Below are positions 1 to 8,212 of a stretch of DNA of 64,000 bases, piece by piece. This stretch comes from Eubacteriales bacterium (GTDB lineage: Bacteria > Bacillota > Clostridia > Oscillospirales > CAG-272): contig JAZQWL010000032.1 in NCBI GenBank assembly GCA_045632305.1, forward strand, positions 39,393-103,392, written 5' to 3'. The notes below the pieces were generated by a model, which did no database searches, was not told where the DNA came from, and saw only the letters and a list, made by a program, of their open reading frames with translations. The position numbers and the translations under genes are program-made. Position 1 is the stretch's first letter, and each line of letters opens with the position of its first letter.

Positions 1-1
1 C

Positions 2-496
2 TCCGCAGTCATCGTTCTTATGTGTGACCCGTCAAAGCTCTTGACGTTTATTCTCATTATTCTCTTCATCCAGATGATCGAGGGTAATGTAATTACTCCC
101 AAGATCCTCGGTGAATCCACAAATATCAGCTCTCTTGCGGTAATTATTACGATTTCCGTAATGGGTAGTCTTTTTGGAATCATTGGTATGATCATAGGCG
201 TACCCGTATTTGCTACGATCATAATCGTTACAAAGAGACATCTTGAAAAACGCCTCAAGGCAAAGGATCTTCCCACCGCAACTGAGGATTATATGGGTGA
301 AAACTCCATGTCCGATACAGACGTTATTCTTCACAAGCAGGAAGGAACGTGGATCAACAAGATCAAGCAATCAAGAGCGGAAACCAAGGCGCGCAGAATG
401 CAAAGAAAAGCTCCCGCACCCACTGATTCCGATACTGACAAGACATCCGAGGAAGAGCCCGCAACCGTAAATGAAACGAAAGAAAAACCCGAATAA
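2..496 (+). CDS. AI-2E family transporter (PerM-like permease), C-terminal fragment; the 5' end lies outside the window
   Basis: The frame is open back to base 2. The translation has NVITPKILG, then two hydrophobic helices and a charged tail, as in the C-termini of AI-2E/PerM permeases. Confidence 0.6.
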   Translation, partial: SAVIVLMCDPSKLLTFILIILFIQMIEGNVITPKILGESTNISSLAVIITISVMGSLFGIIGMIIGVPVFATIIIVTKRHLEKRLKAKDLPTATEDYMGENSMSDTDVILHKQEGTWINKIKQSRAETKARRMQRKAPAPTDSDTDKTSEEEPATVNETKEKPE

Positions 497-502
497 ATAG
501 AC

Positions 503-1477
503 ATGGGACTTATATTTTCAGACATCCCCGAGCTTCTCGGAACGAACACGGAGATCTCTCTGCGTAATCTTTCCGAGCTGGAGGAAAGATTGAATTTAAT
601 TATCGAAGAGCGAATTGCTCATATCGATGAACTATCCTGCGCAATAGTTACTGATGGCGAGGAAACCGATATTATCAAAAGCATCATTCTCTCCCTCAAA
701 CCGGAGGTCTTCTGCGACAGCGATAAGATTATAAATAAGAATCAAAAAAGCATAAACAGCATCTATTCCGCATTATCTTTAAAAGAGCGGCTTCTCATCT
801 GCGAAAGTATTTCAAACACTTATACACACGGAGAAAAAATCAACTGCGAAAGCTTTTTTGCATTTGAAAAAGTCGAAATTTCAAATAGCGCCAAGGATAA
901 GATAGCATATCTTAAAAGCTCTTATAACGATGCCGCATATCTCGAGTTTTCACGTCTTCTCGACTCACCTCGCGCATCGTACTACGACAGTATTGCAAAT
1001 GTGTGCGAAAGCGTTTACAACGGAACGTGCGAATATTGTATCCTTCCACTTGAAACCTCGATCGACGGTAAGCTTTCAAGCTTTTATGACCTGATTTTAA
1101 AATACGGCTTTAAAATATGCGCCGTTTACGATTTTCATCATCAGGAATCAGCAAAAATAACAAGATACGGACTTATTGGACGCAATTTAGATATCAAAGG
1201 CACAGATTTTAAAACAAAATCCAAAATTAAATTTCTTGAATTTGTGTTTTCTGAAGACTCTTATCCTTCAGTAGTCGACGTTCTTTCCGCGTCCGAATTT
1301 TGCTCGATGAAATTAAGAAGAATAGATACACTCAACACCTCTTCAAGCCGCGGCTCTAAAGCACCTCTCATTTGCCCGATTTTAAGGGTTGACTCCGCCG
1401 ATCTAAACACCTTCCTGATGTTTATGGCAATTGACTCTCCAAGTTTCAAGCCGCTTGGCATATATACGCAAATTTAA
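503..1477 (+). CDS. Prephenate dehydratase-like protein, divergent
   Basis: The segment KIAYLKSSYNDAAYLEF...NGTCEYCILPLETSIDGKLSSFYDLILKYGFKICAVYDF parallels the PDT-domain pattern (kIayLGP.GTfs...dyGvvPiENSieG). The GP.GT motif is not conserved, and no SD sequence precedes the ATG. Confidence 0.4.
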   Translation: MGLIFSDIPELLGTNTEISLRNLSELEERLNLIIEERIAHIDELSCAIVTDGEETDIIKSIILSLKPEVFCDSDKIINKNQKSINSIYSALSLKERLLICESISNTYTHGEKINCESFFAFEKVEISNSAKDKIAYLKSSYNDAAYLEFSRLLDSPRASYYDSIANVCESVYNGTCEYCILPLETSIDGKLSSFYDLILKYGFKICAVYDFHHQESAKITRYGLIGRNLDIKGTDFKTKSKIKFLEFVFSEDSYPSVVDVLSASEFCSMKLRRIDTLNTSSSRGSKAPLICPILRVDSADLNTFLMFMAIDSPSFKPLGIYTQI

Positions 1478-1507
1478 AAATACAATATAGAAAAGGAATT
1501 AACTAAA

Positions 1508-1765
1508 ATGGACAAGTACAGCTACAAGACAAAGGGCGTTTGCTCAAGACAGATCGACTTCACAGTAGAAGATGGAATTATCACAGAAGCCGCTTTCACA
1601 GGCGGTTGCAACGGTAACACTCAGGGCGTTTGCGCTCTTGTTCGTGGTATGACCGTTGAAGAAGCAATCAAGAGAATGGAGGGCATTCACTGCGGTCCTC
1701 GCCCCACATCCTGCCCCGACCAGTTCGCACAGGCGCTCAAGGAATATCTCGCAAACAAAAACTAA
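1508..1765 (+). CDS. Small TSCPD-domain protein (TIGR03905-like)
   Basis: 85 aa with GGCNGNTQG and the literal CGPRPTSCPDQ motif. An AGGAA SD precedes the ATG. Confidence 0.75.
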   Translation: MDKYSYKTKGVCSRQIDFTVEDGIITEAAFTGGCNGNTQGVCALVRGMTVEEAIKRMEGIHCGPRPTSCPDQFAQALKEYLANKN

Positions 1766-1796
1766 TATAATTTAAAGAAAGGCAAGCTTATTCAAT

Positions 1797-3512
1797 ATGG
1801 AAAAATATCTTGAAAATTATTACAGATGGTTAAATTCCCCTAAGCTTTCCGCAGAAGAAAAGACAGAGCTTGAAGCGATCAAGAATGATCCTGACGAAAT
1901 CAAGTTCCGCTTCTCATCTTATCTTTCTTTCGGTACTGCAGGTCTTCGCGGAACAATGAAGACGGGTATGAACGCCATGAACGTTCATACAGTTGCGCAT
2001 GCAACTCAGGGCTTGGCTTCCCTTATAATTGAATGCGGAAGACAGGCAGACGGTGTTGCTATCGCATACGACAGCAGAAATAACTCTCCCCTCTTCGCGC
2101 AGGTTGCTGCTGAAGTTTTAGCCGCCGCAGGCATCAAGGCATATCTCTTCGATGCGCTTCGCCCCACCCCCGAGCTTTCTTTTGCACTCCGTTACCTCGG
2201 ATGTGTTGCAGGTATCAACATTACCGCATCACACAATCCCAAGCAGTATAACGGTTATAAAGCATATTGGGAAGATGGCGCACAGCTTCCTCCCGAGCAT
2301 GCGGACACAGTTTCTGCATCTATTGCAAAGCTTGATATCTTCGAAGACGTAGTCAGAGCTGACTTTGAAAAAGCAAAGGCAGACGGACTTATCGTAATGA
2401 TAGGTGAAGATGTAGACAAGGCATATCTTGCTGAAGTTCTCGCACAGCAGGTTAATCCCGATGCGGTTAAGAACGTTTCCGACGAGCTTCGTATCGTTTA
2501 TACTCCCCTTCACGGCGCAGGACACAAGCTCGTTCCTGAAATCCTTAAGATGACAGGACTTAAGCATCTTTACCGCGTTGAAGAACAGTTTGAGATCAAC
2601 GGAGATTTCCCCACGGTTGAAAAGCCCAATCCCGAATACCGAGCAGTATTCGAAATTGGTATTAAAATTGCAAACGAAGTAGGTAGCGATCTTATCGTTG
2701 CAACTGTCCCCGACGCCGACAGAGTTGGCGTTATGGCAAGAGCAAAGGACGGTAGCTTCAAGACGATCTCCGGAAACCAGATGGGCGCTCTTCTTATAGA
2801 TTATATCATCACGGCATACGAGGAAACAAACACTATGCCCGAAGAACCATTCGCAGTTAAAACTATAGTTTCCACCGAGCTTGTTTCAAAGATCTGTGCT
2901 GCTCACAACGTAAAGCTTTACAACGTACTTACCGGCTTTAAGTTCATCGGTGAAGTTATCAAAAAGCATGAACAAATGGGACACGGCAACTATATCTTCG
3001 GCTTTGAAGAATCCTACGGCTATCTCAAGGGCACTTACGCAAGAGATAAGGATGCTGTTGTTGCTTCAATGCTTATCTGTGAAATGACTGCATATTACAG
3101 AGCCAAGAACATGACTCTTATTGATGCTCTCGAAGGTCTTTACGAAAGATACGGTCTCTTTAACGAATCCAATATCGAAATCTACATGGAAGGTCTTGAA
3201 GGCCCCGCAAAGATGGCGGCTCTTATGGACTCTATGAGAAATGAAATTCCTGCCGAGCTTGGCGGTTACAGAGTAGTAACCTTTGGCGACTACAAGGCGG
3301 AGGAATTTACTGATATGGCTACGGGCGAAAAGTCACCCACAGGACTTCCTAAGTCAAATGTTCTCTACTTCAAGCTCGAAAATAACGACGTTATTATCGT
3401 TCGTCCTTCGGGAACTGAGCCCAAGATCAAGTTCTACTTCCTCGCAAGTGGCAACGACAAGGCGGAAATTGAAGCAAAGATTGAAGGTTATAAAAAATCT
3501 CTTAAGGTTTAA
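1797..3512 (+). CDS. Phospho-sugar mutase (phosphoglucomutase/phosphomannomutase family)
   Basis: 571 aa with the active-site loop TASHNPKQYNGYK and alpha-D-phosphohexomutase architecture throughout. Confidence 0.85.
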   Translation: MEKYLENYYRWLNSPKLSAEEKTELEAIKNDPDEIKFRFSSYLSFGTAGLRGTMKTGMNAMNVHTVAHATQGLASLIIECGRQADGVAIAYDSRNNSPLFAQVAAEVLAAAGIKAYLFDALRPTPELSFALRYLGCVAGINITASHNPKQYNGYKAYWEDGAQLPPEHADTVSASIAKLDIFEDVVRADFEKAKADGLIVMIGEDVDKAYLAEVLAQQVNPDAVKNVSDELRIVYTPLHGAGHKLVPEILKMTGLKHLYRVEEQFEINGDFPTVEKPNPEYRAVFEIGIKIANEVGSDLIVATVPDADRVGVMARAKDGSFKTISGNQMGALLIDYIITAYEETNTMPEEPFAVKTIVSTELVSKICAAHNVKLYNVLTGFKFIGEVIKKHEQMGHGNYIFGFEESYGYLKGTYARDKDAVVASMLICEMTAYYRAKNMTLIDALEGLYERYGLFNESNIEIYMEGLEGPAKMAALMDSMRNEIPAELGGYRVVTFGDYKAEEFTDMATGEKSPTGLPKSNVLYFKLENNDVIIVRPSGTEPKIKFYFLASGNDKAEIEAKIEGYKKSLKV

Positions 3513-3549
3513 AAAATAAAGCGGAGTGCATTGCATTCCGCTTTTTTAT
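3513..3549. terminator. Bidirectional intrinsic terminator between the convergent mutase and typA genes
   Basis: Stem GCGGA(3521-3525)/TCCGC(3537-3541), flanked by an A-run upstream and a T-run downstream. Confidence 0.7.
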
Positions 3550-5390
3550 TATGTATTCTGTAAAGCTCTTCTCTTCTTCATCATTTCCTTCATACGAATT
3601 TCCGTATTGAGGATCTTCTTGCGAAGACGAATGGACTTGGGAGTTACCTCAATAAGCTCATCGTCAGTAATAAACTCGATCGCTTCTTCAAGACTGAATA
3701 CCACGGGAGGAGTCAAAAGGAGCTTTTCGTCAGCACCTGAGGAACGAATCGCTGTGAGGTGCTTTTCCTTACAGGGATTTACGGCAATATCATCATTCTT
3801 GGGGTTTTCACCTACGATCATACCCTCGTATACAGGTGTCTGAGGACCAACAAAGAGGTTACCTCTTTCCTGTGTGTTGTAAAGGCCGTATCTCGTTGTA
3901 ACGCCGTTTTCGGACGCTACAAGCGCACCCGTAAATCTCATGATGATACCACCCTTATAGGGCTGATAGCCATCAAATAGAGTGTTAAGAACGCCCTCAC
4001 CGTGAGTTGCGGACATAAATTCGCTTCTATAACCGAAAAGGCAACGAGAAGGAATACTGTATTCGATTCTCATGCGGCTACCTACGGGATTCATCTCAAG
4101 AAGATCGCCCTTTCTCTGTCCAAGCTTTTCAATAACGGGGCCAACGTAGTCAGCGGGAACGTCAAGTGTGACCTTCTCCATCGGCTCACACTGAACACCG
4201 TCAATTTCTTTCAAAATAACCTTGGGGTTGGAGCATGTAAGCTCATATCCCTCGCGGCGCATATTTTCAATGAGAATGGAAAGATGCATTTCACCTCTAC
4301 CAGAAACAACGAATTCATCAGTTGTATCACCGTCGCGAACACGGAGAGATACGTCACGGAGAAGCTCGCGGTAAAGTCTTTCGCGAAGCTGACGGGAGGT
4401 AACGAACTTACCTTCCTTACCCGCCAGGGGGCTATCGTTTACTGAGAAAGTCATCTCCACCGTGGGCTCTGTTACCTTTACAAATTCAAGGGGCTCAGGA
4501 TTTGTTATGCTTGTAACTGTATCACCAATAGAAATGTCACCGGCACCCGAGAAACAAACGATATCGCCCACCTTTGCAGTTTCAACGGGAACTCTGAGAA
4601 GTCCGTCGATCTGATAAAGAGATACGATCTTTGTTCTCTTGGGCTTTTCATCGGGTCTGTGGAAGTTGCAAATTGCAATGTCCTGATTTACCTTAACAGT
4701 ACCACGCTCAATTCTACCTATACCGATTCTGCCTACGTAATCGTTATAGTCAATAGATGAAACGAGGAGCTGAAGCTCACCCTCGGGCTCTCCCTCGGGC
4801 GCGGGAATATAGTCAAGAATCTTTTCAAAGAGGGGTGTAAGGTCCTTACCCTCTACGTCAGGATCCTCTGTAGCAGTACCGGCTCTACCCGAACAATAAA
4901 GCATCGGAGAATCAAGCTGCTCATCATTTGCGCCAAGGTCGATAAGAAGCTCAAGAATCTCATCCTCAACCTCACCGAGTCTTGCATCGGGCTTGTCGAT
5001 CTTATTAAAGCAAACAATAACTCTGTGATTGAGCTCAAGCGCACGCTTTAAAACAAATCTAGTCTGAGGCATAGGGCCTTCTGCAGCGTCAACAAGAAGA
5101 ATAACGCCGTTAACCATTTTAAGAACACGCTCAACCTCACCGCCGAAGTCTGCGTGACCGGGAGTGTCAATAATATTGATCTTTACGTCCTTGTAATGAA
5201 CTGCTGTATTCTTTGCAAGGATAGTAATTCCTCTTTCCCTTTCAATATCGCCTGAGTCCATAACGCAGGTTACGGTCTCCTGATTGTCTCTGTAAATACC
5301 GCCCTGCTTCAAAAGTCCGTCAACGAGAGTTGTCTTACCGTGGTCAACGTGAGCGATAATAGCAATGTTTCTTAAATCTTCTCTTACCAT
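3549..5390 (-). CDS. typA: Translational GTPase TypA/BipA
   Basis: 613 aa with N-terminal IAHVDHGKTTL, DTPGHADFGGE and NKID G-motifs and EF-G-like domain order. Confidence 0.95.
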   Translation of the reverse strand: MVREDLRNIAIIAHVDHGKTTLVDGLLKQGGIYRDNQETVTCVMDSGDIERERGITILAKNTAVHYKDVKINIIDTPGHADFGGEVERVLKMVNGVILLVDAAEGPMPQTRFVLKRALELNHRVIVCFNKIDKPDARLGEVEDEILELLIDLGANDEQLDSPMLYCSGRAGTATEDPDVEGKDLTPLFEKILDYIPAPEGEPEGELQLLVSSIDYNDYVGRIGIGRIERGTVKVNQDIAICNFHRPDEKPKRTKIVSLYQIDGLLRVPVETAKVGDIVCFSGAGDISIGDTVTSITNPEPLEFVKVTEPTVEMTFSVNDSPLAGKEGKFVTSRQLRERLYRELLRDVSLRVRDGDTTDEFVVSGRGEMHLSILIENMRREGYELTCSNPKVILKEIDGVQCEPMEKVTLDVPADYVGPVIEKLGQRKGDLLEMNPVGSRMRIEYSIPSRCLFGYRSEFMSATHGEGVLNTLFDGYQPYKGGIIMRFTGALVASENGVTTRYGLYNTQERGNLFVGPQTPVYEGMIVGENPKNDDIAVNPCKEKHLTAIRSSGADEKLLLTPPVVFSLEEAIEFITDDELIEVTPKSIRLRKKILNTEIRMKEMMKKRRALQNT

Positions 5391-5405
5391 TTAAATACCT
5401 CTGAA

Positions 5406-6338
5406 TTACTTCAAAAATCCGTTTATAATTTCCTCTTCTGCCTGCTTTTCATCAAGACCGAGAGTCATAAGCTTAATAAGCTGCTCGCCTGCAATCTTAC
5501 CGATCGCCGCCTCGTGAATAAGGGACGCGTCGATGTGATTAGCGGTGATTTCGGGAACCGCCTGAACAGAAGCGTTATCCATAATGATAGCATCGCATTC
5601 CGTGTGTCCCGAGCAAGCGTTGTTACCTCGGATATTAGAGAGGAAGAGCTGCTTTGAGTTGTCTTTTGCAACCGAACGGGAAACCACATGCGCGCCGCAA
5701 TTCTCACCGTCAAGATCAAGAACAAACTCGGTTCTTGCGTACTGATTGCCGTGTGTCATGATCTTTTCGTGAACAACGAGAGTAGAATTCTTTGCAAGCT
5801 TTGCCTCAGTCTTTCTATCCGTGGAATCAACACCCTTGATCTGTGTTGTTTCCATTTCCATGTAAGCACCTTCGTCGAGAACTACAACAGAAGTGGGGTT
5901 CATAAGATTCTTTCCGTTTCCATCACCCTCGCCGTAATGCTTTTCAACGTATTTTACCTTTGCATTCTTGCCAACGTAAAAGCTGTGAATACCGCTATGC
6001 TCACTGTCCTGAACGCCACAGTTGTGAATACCGCAGCCTGCGATAATAAGGACGTCAGCACCTTCTTCGATGTGGAAATCGTTATATACGAGCTCGCGAA
6101 TACCTGTTTCTGCCAAGATTACAGGAATGTGCACGCTCTCTTTTTTAGCGCCTGCCTTGATATAAATATCAATACCGGGCTTGTCTGTTTTCTTTTCAAT
6201 AATGATGTTCTCAGAAGAATTTTTACCGAACATTTCGCCATCAACTCGGAGTGAATAAGCACCCTCAGGAATCTCGTGGAGATCGGCAACCTGTCTGAGC
6301 ATCTCAAGTTTTATTTTATCAAGCTGTTTTTCTGCCAT
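5406..6338 (-). CDS. SufB/SufD-family Fe-S cluster assembly protein (short, about 310 aa)
   Basis: The C-terminal signature HEAAIGKIAGEQLIKLMTLGLDEKQAEEEIINGF is typical of SufB/SufD. The start was moved to the ATG at 6338 (MAEKQ), which is preceded by GAGGAAAA. Confidence 0.75.
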   Translation of the reverse strand: MAEKQLDKIKLEMLRQVADLHEIPEGAYSLRVDGEMFGKNSSENIIIEKKTDKPGIDIYIKAGAKKESVHIPVILAETGIRELVYNDFHIEEGADVLIIAGCGIHNCGVQDSEHSGIHSFYVGKNAKVKYVEKHYGEGDGNGKNLMNPTSVVVLDEGAYMEMETTQIKGVDSTDRKTEAKLAKNSTLVVHEKIMTHGNQYARTEFVLDLDGENCGAHVVSRSVAKDNSKQLFLSNIRGNNACSGHTECDAIIMDNASVQAVPEITANHIDASLIHEAAIGKIAGEQLIKLMTLGLDEKQAEEEIINGFLK

Positions 6339-6355
6339 TATATTTTCCTCAAAAA

Positions 6356-7081
6356 TCAATTTTCCTGTGTAAATCTGCAACCTGTCTGCGCTCTGAAAAG
6401 CTCGGGATAGATTTCATTCTTGTCACCGTAAGCCGCAACCTTTCCGTTTGCAATAACTACGATCTTATCGGCAATATCAAGAATTCTTTCCTGATGAGAG
6501 ATGATGAGAATGTTTCCCTTTGTCTTTTCGTGCATCTTCTCAAAAACCTGAATAAGGTTATTGAAGCTCCAAAGGTCAATTCCCGCCTCGGGCTCATCAA
6601 ACACGGAGAACTTTGTTCCACGCGCATTTATCATAGCAATTTCAATTCTCTTCAGCTCTCCGCCGGAGAGAGATCCGTTTACTTCTCTGTTGATATATTC
6701 CTTTGCGCAAAGTCCAACCTCGGAGAGATAAGAACATGCCTCACCAATAGAAATCTTCTTACCCGCCGCCAAAGAAATAAGATCCTTAACGCTGATGCCC
6801 TTAAACTTTACGGGCTGCTGAAACGCGTAGCTGATACCCGCTCTTGAACGTTCTGTAATATTCATATTTGTAATGTCGACACCGTCAAGTAAAATCTGTC
6901 CTTCATCGGGAGTGATTATACCCGCAATGAGCTTCGCAAGAGTGGATTTACCCGAGCCGTTGGGGCCTGTTATAGCCACAAATCGCTCGTTTATAGTGAG
7001 ATTTATATTATCAAGTATTTTAGTTGTCTTGCCGCTTACCTCGTCAGTAACCGAGTACGACAAATTCTTAATTTCAAGCAT
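6356..7081 (-). CDS. sufC: SufC-like ABC ATPase
   Basis: Walker A GPNGSGKST, signature LSGGELKR, Walker B FSVFDEPEAGID and the H-loop. It is immediately upstream of the SufB/D-like gene. Confidence 0.8.
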   Translation of the reverse strand: MLEIKNLSYSVTDEVSGKTTKILDNINLTINERFVAITGPNGSGKSTLAKLIAGIITPDEGQILLDGVDITNMNITERSRAGISYAFQQPVKFKGISVKDLISLAAGKKISIGEACSYLSEVGLCAKEYINREVNGSLSGGELKRIEIAMINARGTKFSVFDEPEAGIDLWSFNNLIQVFEKMHEKTKGNILIISHQERILDIADKIVVIANGKVAAYGDKNEIYPELFRAQTGCRFTQEN

Positions 7082-7173
7082 TTTTATATCCTTTCACTAA
7101 AAATCTATATGTTGATGTAAAAATTTACCCATTTCATTATATTCTATCATATTTTTAGCCATTTTACAAGAGT

Positions 7174-7196
7174 ATTTTACAACTTTTTTGTAAAAT
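7174..7196. promoter_or_regulatory. Perfect inverted repeat ATTTTACAA-N5-TTGTAAAAT upstream of the suf-like operon (candidate operator)
   Basis: Read directly from the sequence. A third ATTTTACAA copy lies at 7161-7169. The repeat sits 93-115 bp upstream of the sufC-like start. Confidence 0.3.
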
Positions 7197-7250
7197 AAAC
7201 GCGCAAAGAAAAAAATAAAAGCTCCGATTTCTCAGAGCTCTTATCTAAAA

Positions 7251-8156
7251 TCAATTTTCAAGATATCTTATAGCAGCCAAAGCCGCGATCGCGCCGTCAC
7301 TGCAAGCTGTACTTATCTGACGAATGGACTTTGTTCTGCAGTCACCGGCAACGAAAAGCCCCGCAGTCTTTGTAAGACAAGCTTCATCGGAAACAATGTA
7401 TCCGCGATCATTAATTTCAGTTACGTCGCGAAAAATTTCATTTTCGGGAACCTGACCGATCGCAATAAACATGCCGTCAATATCAAGTCTTGTCTTCTCC
7501 CCTGTTTTTTCATTCTTAAGGATAATTGCTTCAAGCTCCTCACTACCGACAAGAGCTTCTACAACCGTTCCGTAAATTATCTCAACGTTATCCTTGCTCT
7601 TCAATATGTTTGCAAGCTTTTCTTCACCGGTGAGAAAATCAAGATTCTGAACGATATAAAGCTTTGCGCAGGTGTCAGAAAGCATAACCGCCTCAACGAG
7701 GGCAGAATTTCCTCCACCGATCACAGCAACTGTTTTACCTGCGTAAAATGCTCCGTCGCAAACCGCGCAAAAGGAAATGCCGTTACCGATAAATTCCTCC
7801 TCGTTATCAAGTCCGAGCTGACGGTGCTTAGAGCCCGTAGCAATGATTACGCTTTTCGCAATATAATCTCCGTCCTCGCAAGAAACAGAGAGAACACCGT
7901 TGTTATCAACAATACCTGTAACCTCAGTCATTTCAATATCCGCGCCAAGTGAAACTGCCTGTTCAACCAGCTTTTCCGCAAGCTCGTTTCCGCTTATCTG
8001 ATTGAAGCCGGGATAATTTTCAATTTTAGGCGAATAAGTTATCTGTCCGCCGAACGTTCCGCGCTCAAGGACTAAAACCTTTTTATCAGCGCGTCGCGCA
8101 TATATTGCGGCAGTAAGTCCCGCAGGGCCTGCGCCGACAATTATAATATCATACAT
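7251..8156 (-). CDS. trxB: Thioredoxin-reductase-family flavoprotein (TrxB-like) lacking the NADPH HRR motif
   Basis: FAD motif GAGPAG, redox-active CAVC (nt 7758-7769) and a second dinucleotide motif GGGNSA. The position equivalent to E. coli HRRDGFR reads VQNLDFL (nt 7623-7655). Confidence 0.85.
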   Translation of the reverse strand: MYDIIIVGAGPAGLTAAIYARRADKKVLVLERGTFGGQITYSPKIENYPGFNQISGNELAEKLVEQAVSLGADIEMTEVTGIVDNNGVLSVSCEDGDYIAKSVIIATGSKHRQLGLDNEEEFIGNGISFCAVCDGAFYAGKTVAVIGGGNSALVEAVMLSDTCAKLYIVQNLDFLTGEEKLANILKSKDNVEIIYGTVVEALVGSEELEAIILKNEKTGEKTRLDIDGMFIAIGQVPENEIFRDVTEINDRGYIVSDEACLTKTAGLFVAGDCRTKSIRQISTACSDGAIAALAAIRYLEN

Positions 8157-8177
8157 AGCTATACTCCAATCCTAATC

Positions 8178-8202
8178 AAACCGCCGCATAAGCGGCGGTT
8201 TT
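8178..8202 (-). terminator. Hairpin between nrdD and trxB (weak terminator or attenuator)
   Basis: Stem AACCGCCGC/GCGGCGGTT with a 4-nt loop. In the minus sense it is followed only by TTTGATT, so termination is probably partial. Confidence 0.4.
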
Positions 8203-8212
8203 ACTTGGTTTA

